From Spirochaetia bacterium (lineage in GTDB: Bacteria > Spirochaetota > Spirochaetia > SZUA-6 > Fen-1364): a stretch of 54,656 bases of DNA. Below the pieces are notes generated by a model. The model ran no database searches. It was not told the DNA's origin and saw only the letters and a program-made list of their open reading frames with translations. The translations under genes and the position numbers were made by a program. Below, piece after piece: positions 1-7,769 of this stretch; the stretch's first letter is position 1, and every line of letters starts with the position of its first letter. The stretch spans positions 1 through 54,656 of the forward strand of contig JBKQPS010000026.1 in the NCBI GenBank assembly GCA_052144915.1, given 5' to 3'.

Positions 1-374
1 GGAACAAAGAGACCTCCGCCTGACGGCCTCGGACTGGAACCTTCTCTGTCAGCTCCAGCCATCGCTTCGAAACCTCTGGCCCAGGTAAGCGTCCTCACTA
101 GACTGTCCGCGGGTTCCGGAGCCTCGCGGAAAACGCGAGGGGATGGCACTCATGCCTTTGCTCTTGCCCGGCACTCGGCCCGACCTGAAACGGCTGCTGC
201 TCGTCAAGTCTGGCGACCGCGCGCGGGCGCGCGCGATCGATGACCGACGGCGCGGAGCGCCCCGCGCCAACGAACCCGAGCACCGGGGCGTGCCCTCTCC
301 GGAAACCAATCTGTTTTCTACCCCCGGCCCTTTGGCGCCCACCGGACGGCCGACCGAGCGTCCGCGAGAATCCC

Positions 375-524
375 ATGATACGCGAGGGTCAGATGGTGTG
401 TGACGCCTGTCAGAAACCTATCACCCGGGTGACCGAGGTTCCCACCGAAGGTTGGCCGAAGATGCACAACCTGTGCTCGACGTGCTTCGCCGGTCTCAAG
501 ACGCAGGCGATCCCTCGAGGCTAG
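375..524 (+). CDS. small hypothetical protein with two CxxC motifs (putative zinc ribbon), 49 aa
   Basis: ATG at 375 within ORF 240..524 gives MIREGQMVCDACQKP...HNLCSTCFAG...; CDAC and CSTC pairs; the upstream extension does not look protein-like. Confidence 0.55.
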   Translation: MIREGQMVCDACQKPITRVTEVPTEGWPKMHNLCSTCFAGLKTQAIPRG

Positions 525-1341
525 GGCCAGCACCGCCCTGTGCTACGAAGATAGCGTCGCGGGGGAGTCCGGCCCCTCGAACGGCGCGAGGGTCTCGACG
601 GCCTCGTCCTCGAACCAGGCGAGGACGATGAAGTACCAGGATAGAACGGCCAGCAGCAGGAGCTCGGGGAGCTCCATCGCGTCGGGGGCGACGAGGACCG
701 CGCCGGCCCGAAGGTGACGGCCCTCTCGGACCGGCTCCACGTGTAGCACCTCTCTCCCGTCCGGTGATGTCACCTGCCACGCCGGGACCAGGATGCCGGC
801 CCGATGGAATCGATACGAACGCCCGCCGGGAAGAGCGCAGGAGCAGCTTCACCAGCGCCGCCTCCTTCTCGCTGAGCGTCACCTCCCCATCCTCCGTGTG
901 CGCCCGCCGGGTCTCCAGGTTGACCTGGTGGTCGCCGACCTGCACGATGTGGTCCGCCGGCATGGTCCGCTCGGCCTGGGAACGGCGCACGAGCGCGTTC
1001 ACCCGTGCCAGCATTTCCTCCACGTGGAACGGCTTGGCCAGATAGTCGTCGGCGCCGAAGTCCAAGGCGCGCACCTTGGTGGGAACATCGGCGCGGGCGG
1101 TCAGCATCATGATCGGCGTGCCGACCCCGAGGCTTCGCAGCTTCTCGAGCACGGAGAGACCGCCCATCCCCGGCAGCGAGATATCGAGGAGGATGAGATC
1201 GAAGGGCTCGACCGCGGCCTGTTCGGCGGCCTCGTCGCCGTTCCTGACCCAGACGACCTGGTACCCGGCGCTCTCGAGGTTCAGCCGCACCATTGTGCCC
1301 ACCAGGTCTTCGTCTTCCACCACGAGGATCCTCTTGCTCAC
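496..1341 (-). CDS. OmpR/PhoB-family response regulator, winged-helix domain truncated at about nt 830
   Basis: Receiver motifs ILVVEDE, LILLDISLP, MMLTA, DDYLAKPF; wHTH starts (VNLETRR, LSEKEAALVKLL) and then runs into low-complexity R/G/P read-through. Confidence 0.85.
   Translation of the reverse strand: MSKRILVVEDEDLVGTMVRLNLESAGYQVVWVRNGDEAAEQAAVEPFDLILLDISLPGMGGLSVLEKLRSLGVGTPIMMLTARADVPTKVRALDFGADDYLAKPFHVEEMLARVNALVRRSQAERTMPADHIVQVGDHQVNLETRRAHTEDGEVTLSEKEAALVKLLLRSSRRAFVSIPSGRHPGPGVAGDITGRERGATRGAGPRGPSPSGRRGPRRPRRDGAPRAPAAGRSILVLHRPRLVRGRGRRDPRAVRGAGLPRDAIFVAQGGAGPSLEGSPAS
543..848 (-). pseudogene. 3' fragment of an unknown gene with no 5' end
   Basis: Frame is open from just after a TGA at 851-849 to the stop at 543: LPGGRSYRFHRAGILVPAWQVTSPDGREVLHVEP...LLLLAVLSWYFIVLAWFEDE; protein-like composition; first usable start is GTG 773. 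Confidence 0.45.
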
Positions 1342-1342
1342 G

Positions 1343-2476
1343 TCATGCCTCGGCCAGGGTCACGATGAAACGGCTTCCCGTGCCCGGGCCCGCGCTCTCC
1401 GCCCGAAGGCTGCCGCCCATGCGGCGCGCCAGGGCGCGGGAGATCGACAGGCCCAGCCCCGTGCCGTGGTGCGCGCTGCGGCCCGCGGCAGTCGCGCGGT
1501 AGTACGGGGTGAAGAGGCTCTCGGCCTGGGTCGGCGCGAACCCGATGCCGCGGTCCTCGACGGCCACCTCGACTGCCGCCGCGTGGCGCCGCACCCGCAC
1601 CGTGACCACCGGCTCCTCGCCCCCGTACTTCAGCGCATTGTCGGTGAGGTTGTCGAGAACGACGCGGAGCGCGTCCGGGTCGGCACGCACCGTGAGATCC
1701 GCCTCCGCCGGCTCCCACACGAAGAGGAGGGACCGCGGCCTCCCGGCCAGGGAAGGCCGCCGGTGCGCAATGAAAGCCTCCAGCCGGCCGCGCAGGGCGA
1801 CGGGCTCGTTTTCCACGTGATAGCGCTCCGTCCGCAGCTTTCCCGAAATGAGCACGTTCTCCACCATGTGCTCCAATCGCTCGACTTCCATAAGACCCAT
1901 CGCGTACAGCGCGGCTTCTTCTTCCGGCGGAACCTTTCCCGCCGCGAAGGTTTCCAGGAGCGAGGCGACACCGGTCAGGGGAGTTTTCATTTCGTGGGTG
2001 ACGGTGGAAACGAAATCGTCCATGATCCGCATCTGTCGGCGGTCGGAGCTCACCAGGGAGAAGAACATGACGGTGCAGGCGCCGATCAACACGACCAGGA
2101 GCGTGCCCTCCCCCACGAACATGAGCTGCCTCCTGCCTGCCCGGGCCTCGATGCCGGCGATGAGGTCTGGCCGCGGGCGCACTCCCAGGTTCGGGTAGCG
2201 GGGAATGAGGGGAGAGAACAGGTCACCGTCGGCATGGCGCGACGCGGGGATGACCTCCAGCCGGCTTTCGCCCGCCAGCGGCCCGACCGGCGGCGGCGCA
2301 TCGGCCTGCCCCAGCAGGAGCGAGGTCACGACCGCCACGTGGACGAGCTCGCTGAGACCGGCCTTTCGCTCCAGGTCCACCGAATGCCGCAGGTAGACGG
2401 ACCACCAGGCGCCGAGGCCCACGAGAGCCGCCAGCGCCACGCCGAACAGGAGATGGTACCCGCGAAGGGATCTCAT
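1343..2476 (-). CDS. membrane-bound sensor histidine kinase (HisKA/HATPase)
   Basis: Hydrophobic segments LLFGVALAALVGLGAWW and LLVVLIGACTVMFF; H-box VTHEMKTPL, N-box LDNLTDNALKY, DRGIG, GTGLGL; start taken at ATG 2476. Confidence 0.92.
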   Translation of the reverse strand: MRSLRGYHLLFGVALAALVGLGAWWSVYLRHSVDLERKAGLSELVHVAVVTSLLLGQADAPPPVGPLAGESRLEVIPASRHADGDLFSPLIPRYPNLGVRPRPDLIAGIEARAGRRQLMFVGEGTLLVVLIGACTVMFFSLVSSDRRQMRIMDDFVSTVTHEMKTPLTGVASLLETFAAGKVPPEEEAALYAMGLMEVERLEHMVENVLISGKLRTERYHVENEPVALRGRLEAFIAHRRPSLAGRPRSLLFVWEPAEADLTVRADPDALRVVLDNLTDNALKYGGEEPVVTVRVRRHAAAVEVAVEDRGIGFAPTQAESLFTPYYRATAAGRSAHHGTGLGLSISRALARRMGGSLRAESAGPGTGSRFIVTLAEA

Positions 2477-2617
2477 CCAGGGATTCTCGATTCTTCGCGC
2501 GGGCTCATGTCGGCTCCTCTCCGTCGACGTGGATTTTCCAGCGTACCGCAGCATGGCGGGCTGCGCAAAGGGTGTGTGGCATCGACGCCCGCAGGGCGGC
2601 GGATTCAACCTGCACGG

Positions 2618-3847
2618 TCAGCTCCCGGGCCATGGCTCGTCTTCTCGACGCCCCGCCGCCGCGCGGATGGTGCGGAACATGTCGCTCGTGTAGCCCAGGA
2701 TCGCGGCCCGCAGCTCCTGCTCCACCCGGGCGCGGGTCTCCTCCGGCAGCCCTTCGAGCCTCTCCGCGATGATCCGCGGGATCGCCTCGCGGACCAGGCG
2801 GGAGTGGGAGCTCTGAAGAGTGTCGATGATGTCCGCGAACGCGGGCTGGCCGCAGTAGGATCGAAACTCGGCCAGCGCGTCGTCGATCAGCAGCCCCAGT
2901 GCGGCGGCGTGCGCTTCCGTCGCCGGAATGCTTTCGCCGTTCATCGCCGCGAGCTCGTCCAGCCCGCAGACTGTCACGCCGGCCGGCAGTCCCGCGCGCT
3001 CCACCTGCGGAGGGACGCCCACGTCAACCACCAGGAGCCTGCGCTCCGCGGATCTCCCGGCAAGGTACGCTGCCTTCAGCACATGCTGCGGCGCCCCCGT
3101 GCACAAGATGACCGCATCCACTTCTGCAAGAACCACCGGAAGATCCGAAAGGGGCCGCACACCCCGAGGGCTGTCCGGTCCGATCGTGCGGTTCAAGCTC
3201 ACCGCATGGTACCGCTTCTGCTGCTGCACGAGGGCGAGAACCCGCCGCCCGACCCGTCCGAGGCCCACCACGGCCACGCGGGCAGTTGCCTCGGGGCCAA
3301 GCCACCGCGCGAGGGACGAAACTGCCAGGCTGTGCACTCCCACGGACCGGCCGCCCGTGTGCCCCTGTTTGAGCGCCATCCGCACGAGCCGCCCGGCGGC
3401 GGTGCCCAGGCCGTTGAGCACGCGCGAGGAGCATTTACGGTCGCGGGCCGTTTCCAGGGCGCCGTAGAGCTGGCCGGCGATCTGCCGCTCCCCGACCACC
3501 AGCGACTGCTGCCCGAGCACGAGCCGGAACACGTGGATGGCCGCCTCGTCTCCCCGCCGCACGTACGGAGAGAACCAGCTCGAAGCCTCGGGCCCCATCC
3601 GCTGGACCATCTGGCCTGAGAGAAGCGAGCCCGCCCACCGCGGGTCTCCCGTGGACACGATCCATTCGGTCCTGTTGCAGGTGTTCAAGTCCACGAAGCC
3701 GTCGGCCGCGCCGTTGCGGCGGAGCGTCGCGGCCATTTCCCGGGCCTCGTCATCCTCGAGCACGAGCCGTGACCGCCAGGCGGAGGAGGCCACCCGGAAA
3801 TCGCACCCCACCACGGCCAGGGGCGTCCCTGCCGGCGCGCCGCTCAT
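2618..3847 (-). CDS. hemA: glutamyl-tRNA reductase
   Basis: Catalytic TCNRTE, SLVVGERQIAGQ, Rossmann VVGLGRVG, VDVGVPPQV; lies in the heme operon. Confidence 0.85.
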   Translation of the reverse strand: MSGAPAGTPLAVVGCDFRVASSAWRSRLVLEDDEAREMAATLRRNGAADGFVDLNTCNRTEWIVSTGDPRWAGSLLSGQMVQRMGPEASSWFSPYVRRGDEAAIHVFRLVLGQQSLVVGERQIAGQLYGALETARDRKCSSRVLNGLGTAAGRLVRMALKQGHTGGRSVGVHSLAVSSLARWLGPEATARVAVVGLGRVGRRVLALVQQQKRYHAVSLNRTIGPDSPRGVRPLSDLPVVLAEVDAVILCTGAPQHVLKAAYLAGRSAERRLLVVDVGVPPQVERAGLPAGVTVCGLDELAAMNGESIPATEAHAAALGLLIDDALAEFRSYCGQPAFADIIDTLQSSHSRLVREAIPRIIAERLEGLPEETRARVEQELRAAILGYTSDMFRTIRAAAGRREDEPWPGS

Positions 3848-3860
3848 GCCGCGTCACCCA

Positions 3861-5228
3861 TCACCGGCCCTCCCGTTGGATCCGGGCAGCGGCCTCGAAA
3901 CCGGAAATCACCGCGTCCTTCATGCCGGAGCCGCGGAGATAGTTGCCGGCCAGCGCGAGGCCCGGGAGCCTGCCGAGCCGTTCCCCGACTTTCACCATGC
4001 GGTCCGCGTGCCCCAGGGTGAGCTGCGGGATTGCCTGGGGGAAACGGGCAATCCGCGCGAAGGAGGGGGGCGTGTCCAGGCCGATGAGATTCGCGAGGTC
4101 GGTACGCACGACAGCGATCAGCGCCTCGTCGTCGAGATCCAGCGCGCCGGGGTCCAGGACGCCGCCGACGAACCCGGCGAGAAGGTCCCCGCCATCCGGC
4201 GCGCGGCCTTCGAAGAGCCGAGAGGGGAAGAGCACACCCAGGCTGCGCACCCCTTCGCCCTGCGGAGCCAGGAATCCGAACCCGTCCGGTATCTCGCGCG
4301 CCCGCGCCGCGTAGCCCAGGTGGACCAGCGCAACGGGCGCCATGGGGATCCCCCCGATCTGCAGTCCGAGCTCCGAATCCAACCCCCCGAGGAGCCTCCC
4401 CGCTTCCGCGGGCGGGACGGCCACCACGAGCCGTGGGCTCGTGAACTCACCCGCCGCGGTTCGGACCACGTAGCCGGCGCTGGTCCGCTGGACCGCCTGC
4501 ACGGCAGCCCCGGTGAGCACGCGGTCGCCGAGCTTCGCTGCCACCCCGGCGCTGAGCTGCCCGAGTCCCTCGCGGAAGGTGAACAGCCCCCGGCGGACAG
4601 GGGCGGTCTCCCCGCGCGCCTCCCTTTCAGCCCTGCGTCTCTTCCGGTAGCCCACCATGCCGCGGATCATGCCGCCCGATTCCTGCTCGAAGCGCCAGAA
4701 CAGCGGAAACGCGGCGGGCGCGGAAAGCCGGGCCGGATCTCCGGCGTAGACCCCGGAGATGAAGGCGCCGGCGAGCACCCGCGCGGCCTCGGGTCCGAAG
4801 CGGCGCTCGAAGAACTGCTGAGCGGTGTCGGTGGGGTCTCCCCGGCGCGTCCGCAGCGGCTCTCCGGCGAGTGCGAGCTTGCCCTTGAAAGAGAGCAGCT
4901 TCGACGTCAGGAATGAAACAGGCCCGGTCGGGATCGCGTGGATCTCGCCGTGGCGTGCGATGTATCTCTTTCGGGCAGCGGGCATCGTCGGGATGATCTC
5001 CCCAGCGAGCCCCACCTCCGCGGCGAGGGCGAACACGTGGTCGGCCGATCCCATGAAAGTGTGCGGGCCGCTCTCCAGCCGGTAGCCGTCCACCCGCTGC
5101 GTTCGCACGTGCCCGCCGGCCCGCGCGTCGGCTTCCAGCACGAGCACCTCTTTCCCGGCGGCGTGCAATCTCCAGGCGCAGGCGAGACCGGCGATACCGC
5201 CGCCCGCGATGATCGCATCAATCCCCAT
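3861..5228 (-). CDS. hemY: HemY-type protoporphyrinogen/coproporphyrinogen oxidase
   Basis: FAD motif IAGGGIAGL, ESGPHTF, GVYAGDPARLS, GFGFL, AIPQLTLGH, LAGNY. Confidence 0.92.
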   Translation of the reverse strand: MGIDAIIAGGGIAGLACAWRLHAAGKEVLVLEADARAGGHVRTQRVDGYRLESGPHTFMGSADHVFALAAEVGLAGEIIPTMPAARKRYIARHGEIHAIPTGPVSFLTSKLLSFKGKLALAGEPLRTRRGDPTDTAQQFFERRFGPEAARVLAGAFISGVYAGDPARLSAPAAFPLFWRFEQESGGMIRGMVGYRKRRRAEREARGETAPVRRGLFTFREGLGQLSAGVAAKLGDRVLTGAAVQAVQRTSAGYVVRTAAGEFTSPRLVVAVPPAEAGRLLGGLDSELGLQIGGIPMAPVALVHLGYAARAREIPDGFGFLAPQGEGVRSLGVLFPSRLFEGRAPDGGDLLAGFVGGVLDPGALDLDDEALIAVVRTDLANLIGLDTPPSFARIARFPQAIPQLTLGHADRMVKVGERLGRLPGLALAGNYLRGSGMKDAVISGFEAAARIQREGR

Positions 5229-6186
5229 TCACAGCCTCCCAACCCGCGGCGCGCGCCTCCTGGTGCACAAGCAGCGCAATTTCCCTGATGAAGGCGGGGT
5301 GACAGCCGGGCACCGGCGCCCGCGCGAACGCCGTGATTCCGCACCGGGCCGCGTGGGCGGCCAGCTCGATGTCCAGCTCGTAGAGGGTTTCCAGGTTTTC
5401 GCAGGCGAAGGAAATCGGCGCCACCACGAGGGAGCGCACCCCGTCCGCCGCCAGGCGCGCCACCTCGTCCTCCAGGCTGGGACCCGTCCACTTCATCGGG
5501 CCCAGCCGACTCTGGAAAGCCAGCGAACAGCCGACGCCCGCGGGCAGCCGCCGGGCCAGCGCGCGCGTGGTCCGCGCCACCTCCTCCAGGTACCGTTCCC
5601 CGCGGCGTGCGGCGCGCGCCGGAAGGCCGTGCGCGCTCACCACGAGGTGCGCGCCGGGCGTGAGAAGCGCAAGCGCGTTGTCAGCCAGGGCGTCGATGTA
5701 GCCCGGCGCCTCCGGGAAGGAAGGCACGCAGCGCACCTCGACCCCGGCGCGCCGGGCGGCGCGCGCGAGCTTGCGCAGTGCCGAGCCGGTGGTGGAGCGG
5801 GCAGACTGCGGATAGGCCGGCACGGCGACCACGCGCCGCACGCCTGTCTCCGCGATGCCGGGCAGCACCTGGTCGGCGCGCGGCGTGGAGTGGCGGAACG
5901 CGTAGCGCACGGAGACTCCTCCGCCCAGGGCCGCGCGCAGGGCCTCGGCCTGGGCGCGGGTCTGCGCGCCCAGGGGACTGCGGCCCCCGATGGCCCGGTA
6001 GTGCCCCGCCACGACTGCCGCGCGCCTGCCGGCGATGAGCCGCGCGGCCAGCGGGCGCAGGGGCCAGGGCAGGGGCAGCACCTGGCTGTCCGAGAGCAGG
6101 CGCCGGATGTAAGCGGGAATGTTCTCTTCGCCCTCGGGCGCGCCGAGGTTGAGGAGGACTGCCGCGTACGGGGCAGGCGCGGTCAT
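5218..6186 (-). CDS. hemH: ferrochelatase
   Basis: LLNLGAP, IGGRSPL, PAYPQSARSTTGS, SAHGLP, FQSRLGP..W..P, ENLETLYELD. Confidence 0.93.
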   Translation of the reverse strand: MTAPAPYAAVLLNLGAPEGEENIPAYIRRLLSDSQVLPLPWPLRPLAARLIAGRRAAVVAGHYRAIGGRSPLGAQTRAQAEALRAALGGGVSVRYAFRHSTPRADQVLPGIAETGVRRVVAVPAYPQSARSTTGSALRKLARAARRAGVEVRCVPSFPEAPGYIDALADNALALLTPGAHLVVSAHGLPARAARRGERYLEEVARTTRALARRLPAGVGCSLAFQSRLGPMKWTGPSLEDEVARLAADGVRSLVVAPISFACENLETLYELDIELAAHAARCGITAFARAPVPGCHPAFIREIALLVHQEARAAGWEAVNGD

Positions 6187-7565
6187 ACCGTCCTCGAGTA
6201 CAAAGGGGCCGCGCCGTCACCCGACAGGTAGCGGTCGAAGACCATGCAGATGGGCCGGATGAAAAACCGCCCGGTCTCGGTCACCTCGATGCGGTTCGGG
6301 GAAAGGGACACGAGGCCGTCCTCGGCCATCGGCGCGAGGCGCGACATCTCGGGGGAAAACGCCCCGGCGGCGTCAATGCCAAAGCGCTCTCCGAGGGCCG
6401 CCAGGTCAACGGAGAAATTGCAGAACAGCTCCATGATGAGCTCCCGACGGATCTCGTCGTCGCCCTGGAGCAGGAATCCCCGCTCCACGGGCAGATTCCC
6501 TTCGGCAACGCCTGCCATGTACACGTCGAGGTCCTTGGCATTCTGGGAGTAGGCCGCGCCGATCGACGAGATGGCCGAAGCACCGAAGGCAAGGAGATCC
6601 GTCCCGCGGCCGGTGGTGTATCCCATGAAGTTTCTTCTCAGGCTGCGGTCTTCCAGCGCCCGCGCCAGCGGATCGTCGGGGAGCGCGAAATGATCCATGC
6701 CGACGGCCAGGTAGCCGGCGTCCTGGAAGATGTCGAGCATGACGAGGAACAGTGCCAGCTTCATGTCCTGGTCCGGGAGACCGCGCTTTTCCAGCGCCTT
6801 CTGCCCGGGGTGGATCCATGGCACGTGCGCATAGCTGTAGAGAGCGATCCGGCTCGGCTCCAGGCGAACAACCTGGCGCGCGGTGGCGGCGGCGCTCGCA
6901 AGGTCCTGGCCGGGAAGGCCGTAGATCAGGTCGAAGTTGATGGCAGCGCAACCGCGCGAGCGCAGGTGGGAGACCACGTCCTGGACCTGCATCAGGTCCT
7001 GCCCGCGGCGGACCTCCCGCAGCACCCCGGGATCGAAGTCCTGGACCCCGAGGGAGAAACGGTTGAAGCCGTGGCGCAGGAACACATCCAGCTTGCCGGG
7101 GTTCGCCGTGCGCGGATCGATCTCCACGGAGCGCTCGGCTGCGGAAGACACGTGCCAGGTGCGCTCGACGGCCAGGAGGAGGCGGTCGATCTGCTTCTCG
7201 GCCGGGAAGTTCGGCGTCCCTCCGCCCAGGGCAACCTGCACCACCGGGCGTCGGGGGCTCACCTGGCGCGACGCGAGCGTCATTTCCCTGGCAAGAGCGT
7301 CGACGTAGCGTTCGACCACGTCGCGGTCCCCTGGTACCACGCTGTGGCAGCCGCAGAAAGCGCAGCGCACGCGGCAGAACGGGATGTGCAGGTACAGGGA
7401 GAGACCGGGATCATCCTCCAGGGCGTTGCGGCTGGCCCAGCGGTCGAAGAGATCAGCGCAGGCCGTGGGACGAAACTGGGTGGCGGCGGGGTAGCTGGTG
7501 TAGCGCGGCCCGCGCACGTCGTACTTCTTCCTCAGGGCCGGCGGAATTCGCCGAGCATCCTGCAT
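6183..7565 (-). CDS. hemN: oxygen-independent coproporphyrinogen III oxidase (radical SAM)
   Basis: N-terminal GPRYTSYP typical of true HemN, LYLHIPFCRVRCAFCGC (CxxxCxxC), GGGTP, GMDHFA, RNFMGY. Confidence 0.95.
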   Translation of the reverse strand: MQDARRIPPALRKKYDVRGPRYTSYPAATQFRPTACADLFDRWASRNALEDDPGLSLYLHIPFCRVRCAFCGCHSVVPGDRDVVERYVDALAREMTLASRQVSPRRPVVQVALGGGTPNFPAEKQIDRLLLAVERTWHVSSAAERSVEIDPRTANPGKLDVFLRHGFNRFSLGVQDFDPGVLREVRRGQDLMQVQDVVSHLRSRGCAAINFDLIYGLPGQDLASAAATARQVVRLEPSRIALYSYAHVPWIHPGQKALEKRGLPDQDMKLALFLVMLDIFQDAGYLAVGMDHFALPDDPLARALEDRSLRRNFMGYTTGRGTDLLAFGASAISSIGAAYSQNAKDLDVYMAGVAEGNLPVERGFLLQGDDEIRRELIMELFCNFSVDLAALGERFGIDAAGAFSPEMSRLAPMAEDGLVSLSPNRIEVTETGRFFIRPICMVFDRYLSGDGAAPLYSRTV

Positions 7566-7610
7566 GGGCAGCTCCTTCGGTGAGCACCATACACTCTCCG
7601 CCGCGGTGCC

Positions 7611-7649
7611 GTGTCACGGTTGCGTTTTGCTTTGTCATGATTTTGTCAC
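7611..7649. promoter_or_regulatory. PhoB/OmpR-type direct-repeat operator candidate
   Basis: TTGTCAT (7632-7638) and TTGTCAC (7643-7649) are 11 bp apart, with a third copy GTGTCAC (7611-7617), in the hemN/NOX divergent intergenic region. Confidence 0.55.
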
Positions 7650-7667
7650 GCGGAGAAAGGCCCTGCG

Positions 7668-7718
7668 CCTGCCGGGGAGCCGGGGCGCGGCCTGCCGGTG
7701 AGCCGGGACGCGGCCTGC
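7668..7718. repeat. 23-bp tandem duplication
   Basis: cctgccggggagccggggcgcgg / cctgccggtgagccgggacgcgg / cctgc; the two full units match at 21 of 23 positions. Confidence 0.8.
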
Positions 7719-7769
7719 GCGGGCGTAAAGTGGTCACGTCGGAAGGCCCACCGTATATTTTCAGTCATC

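Noticed and set aside
1-330. Possible structured ncRNA or mobile-element end (hairpin cctcgcg-gaaaa-cgcgagg at 122-140, no convincing ORF)
   Set aside because: I could not match RNase P, SRP, tmRNA, riboswitch or intron motifs by eye; one hairpin in GC-rich DNA is not enough. An Rfam/Infernal scan would settle it.
1076-3619. 847-aa plus-strand ORF and similar long antisense ORFs (8226..9863, 25114..27762, 31578..33428, 38649..41480, 41408..43873)
   Set aside because: They shadow well-supported genes on the other strand or frame, are R/G/P-rich with no motifs, and are expected in high-GC DNA.
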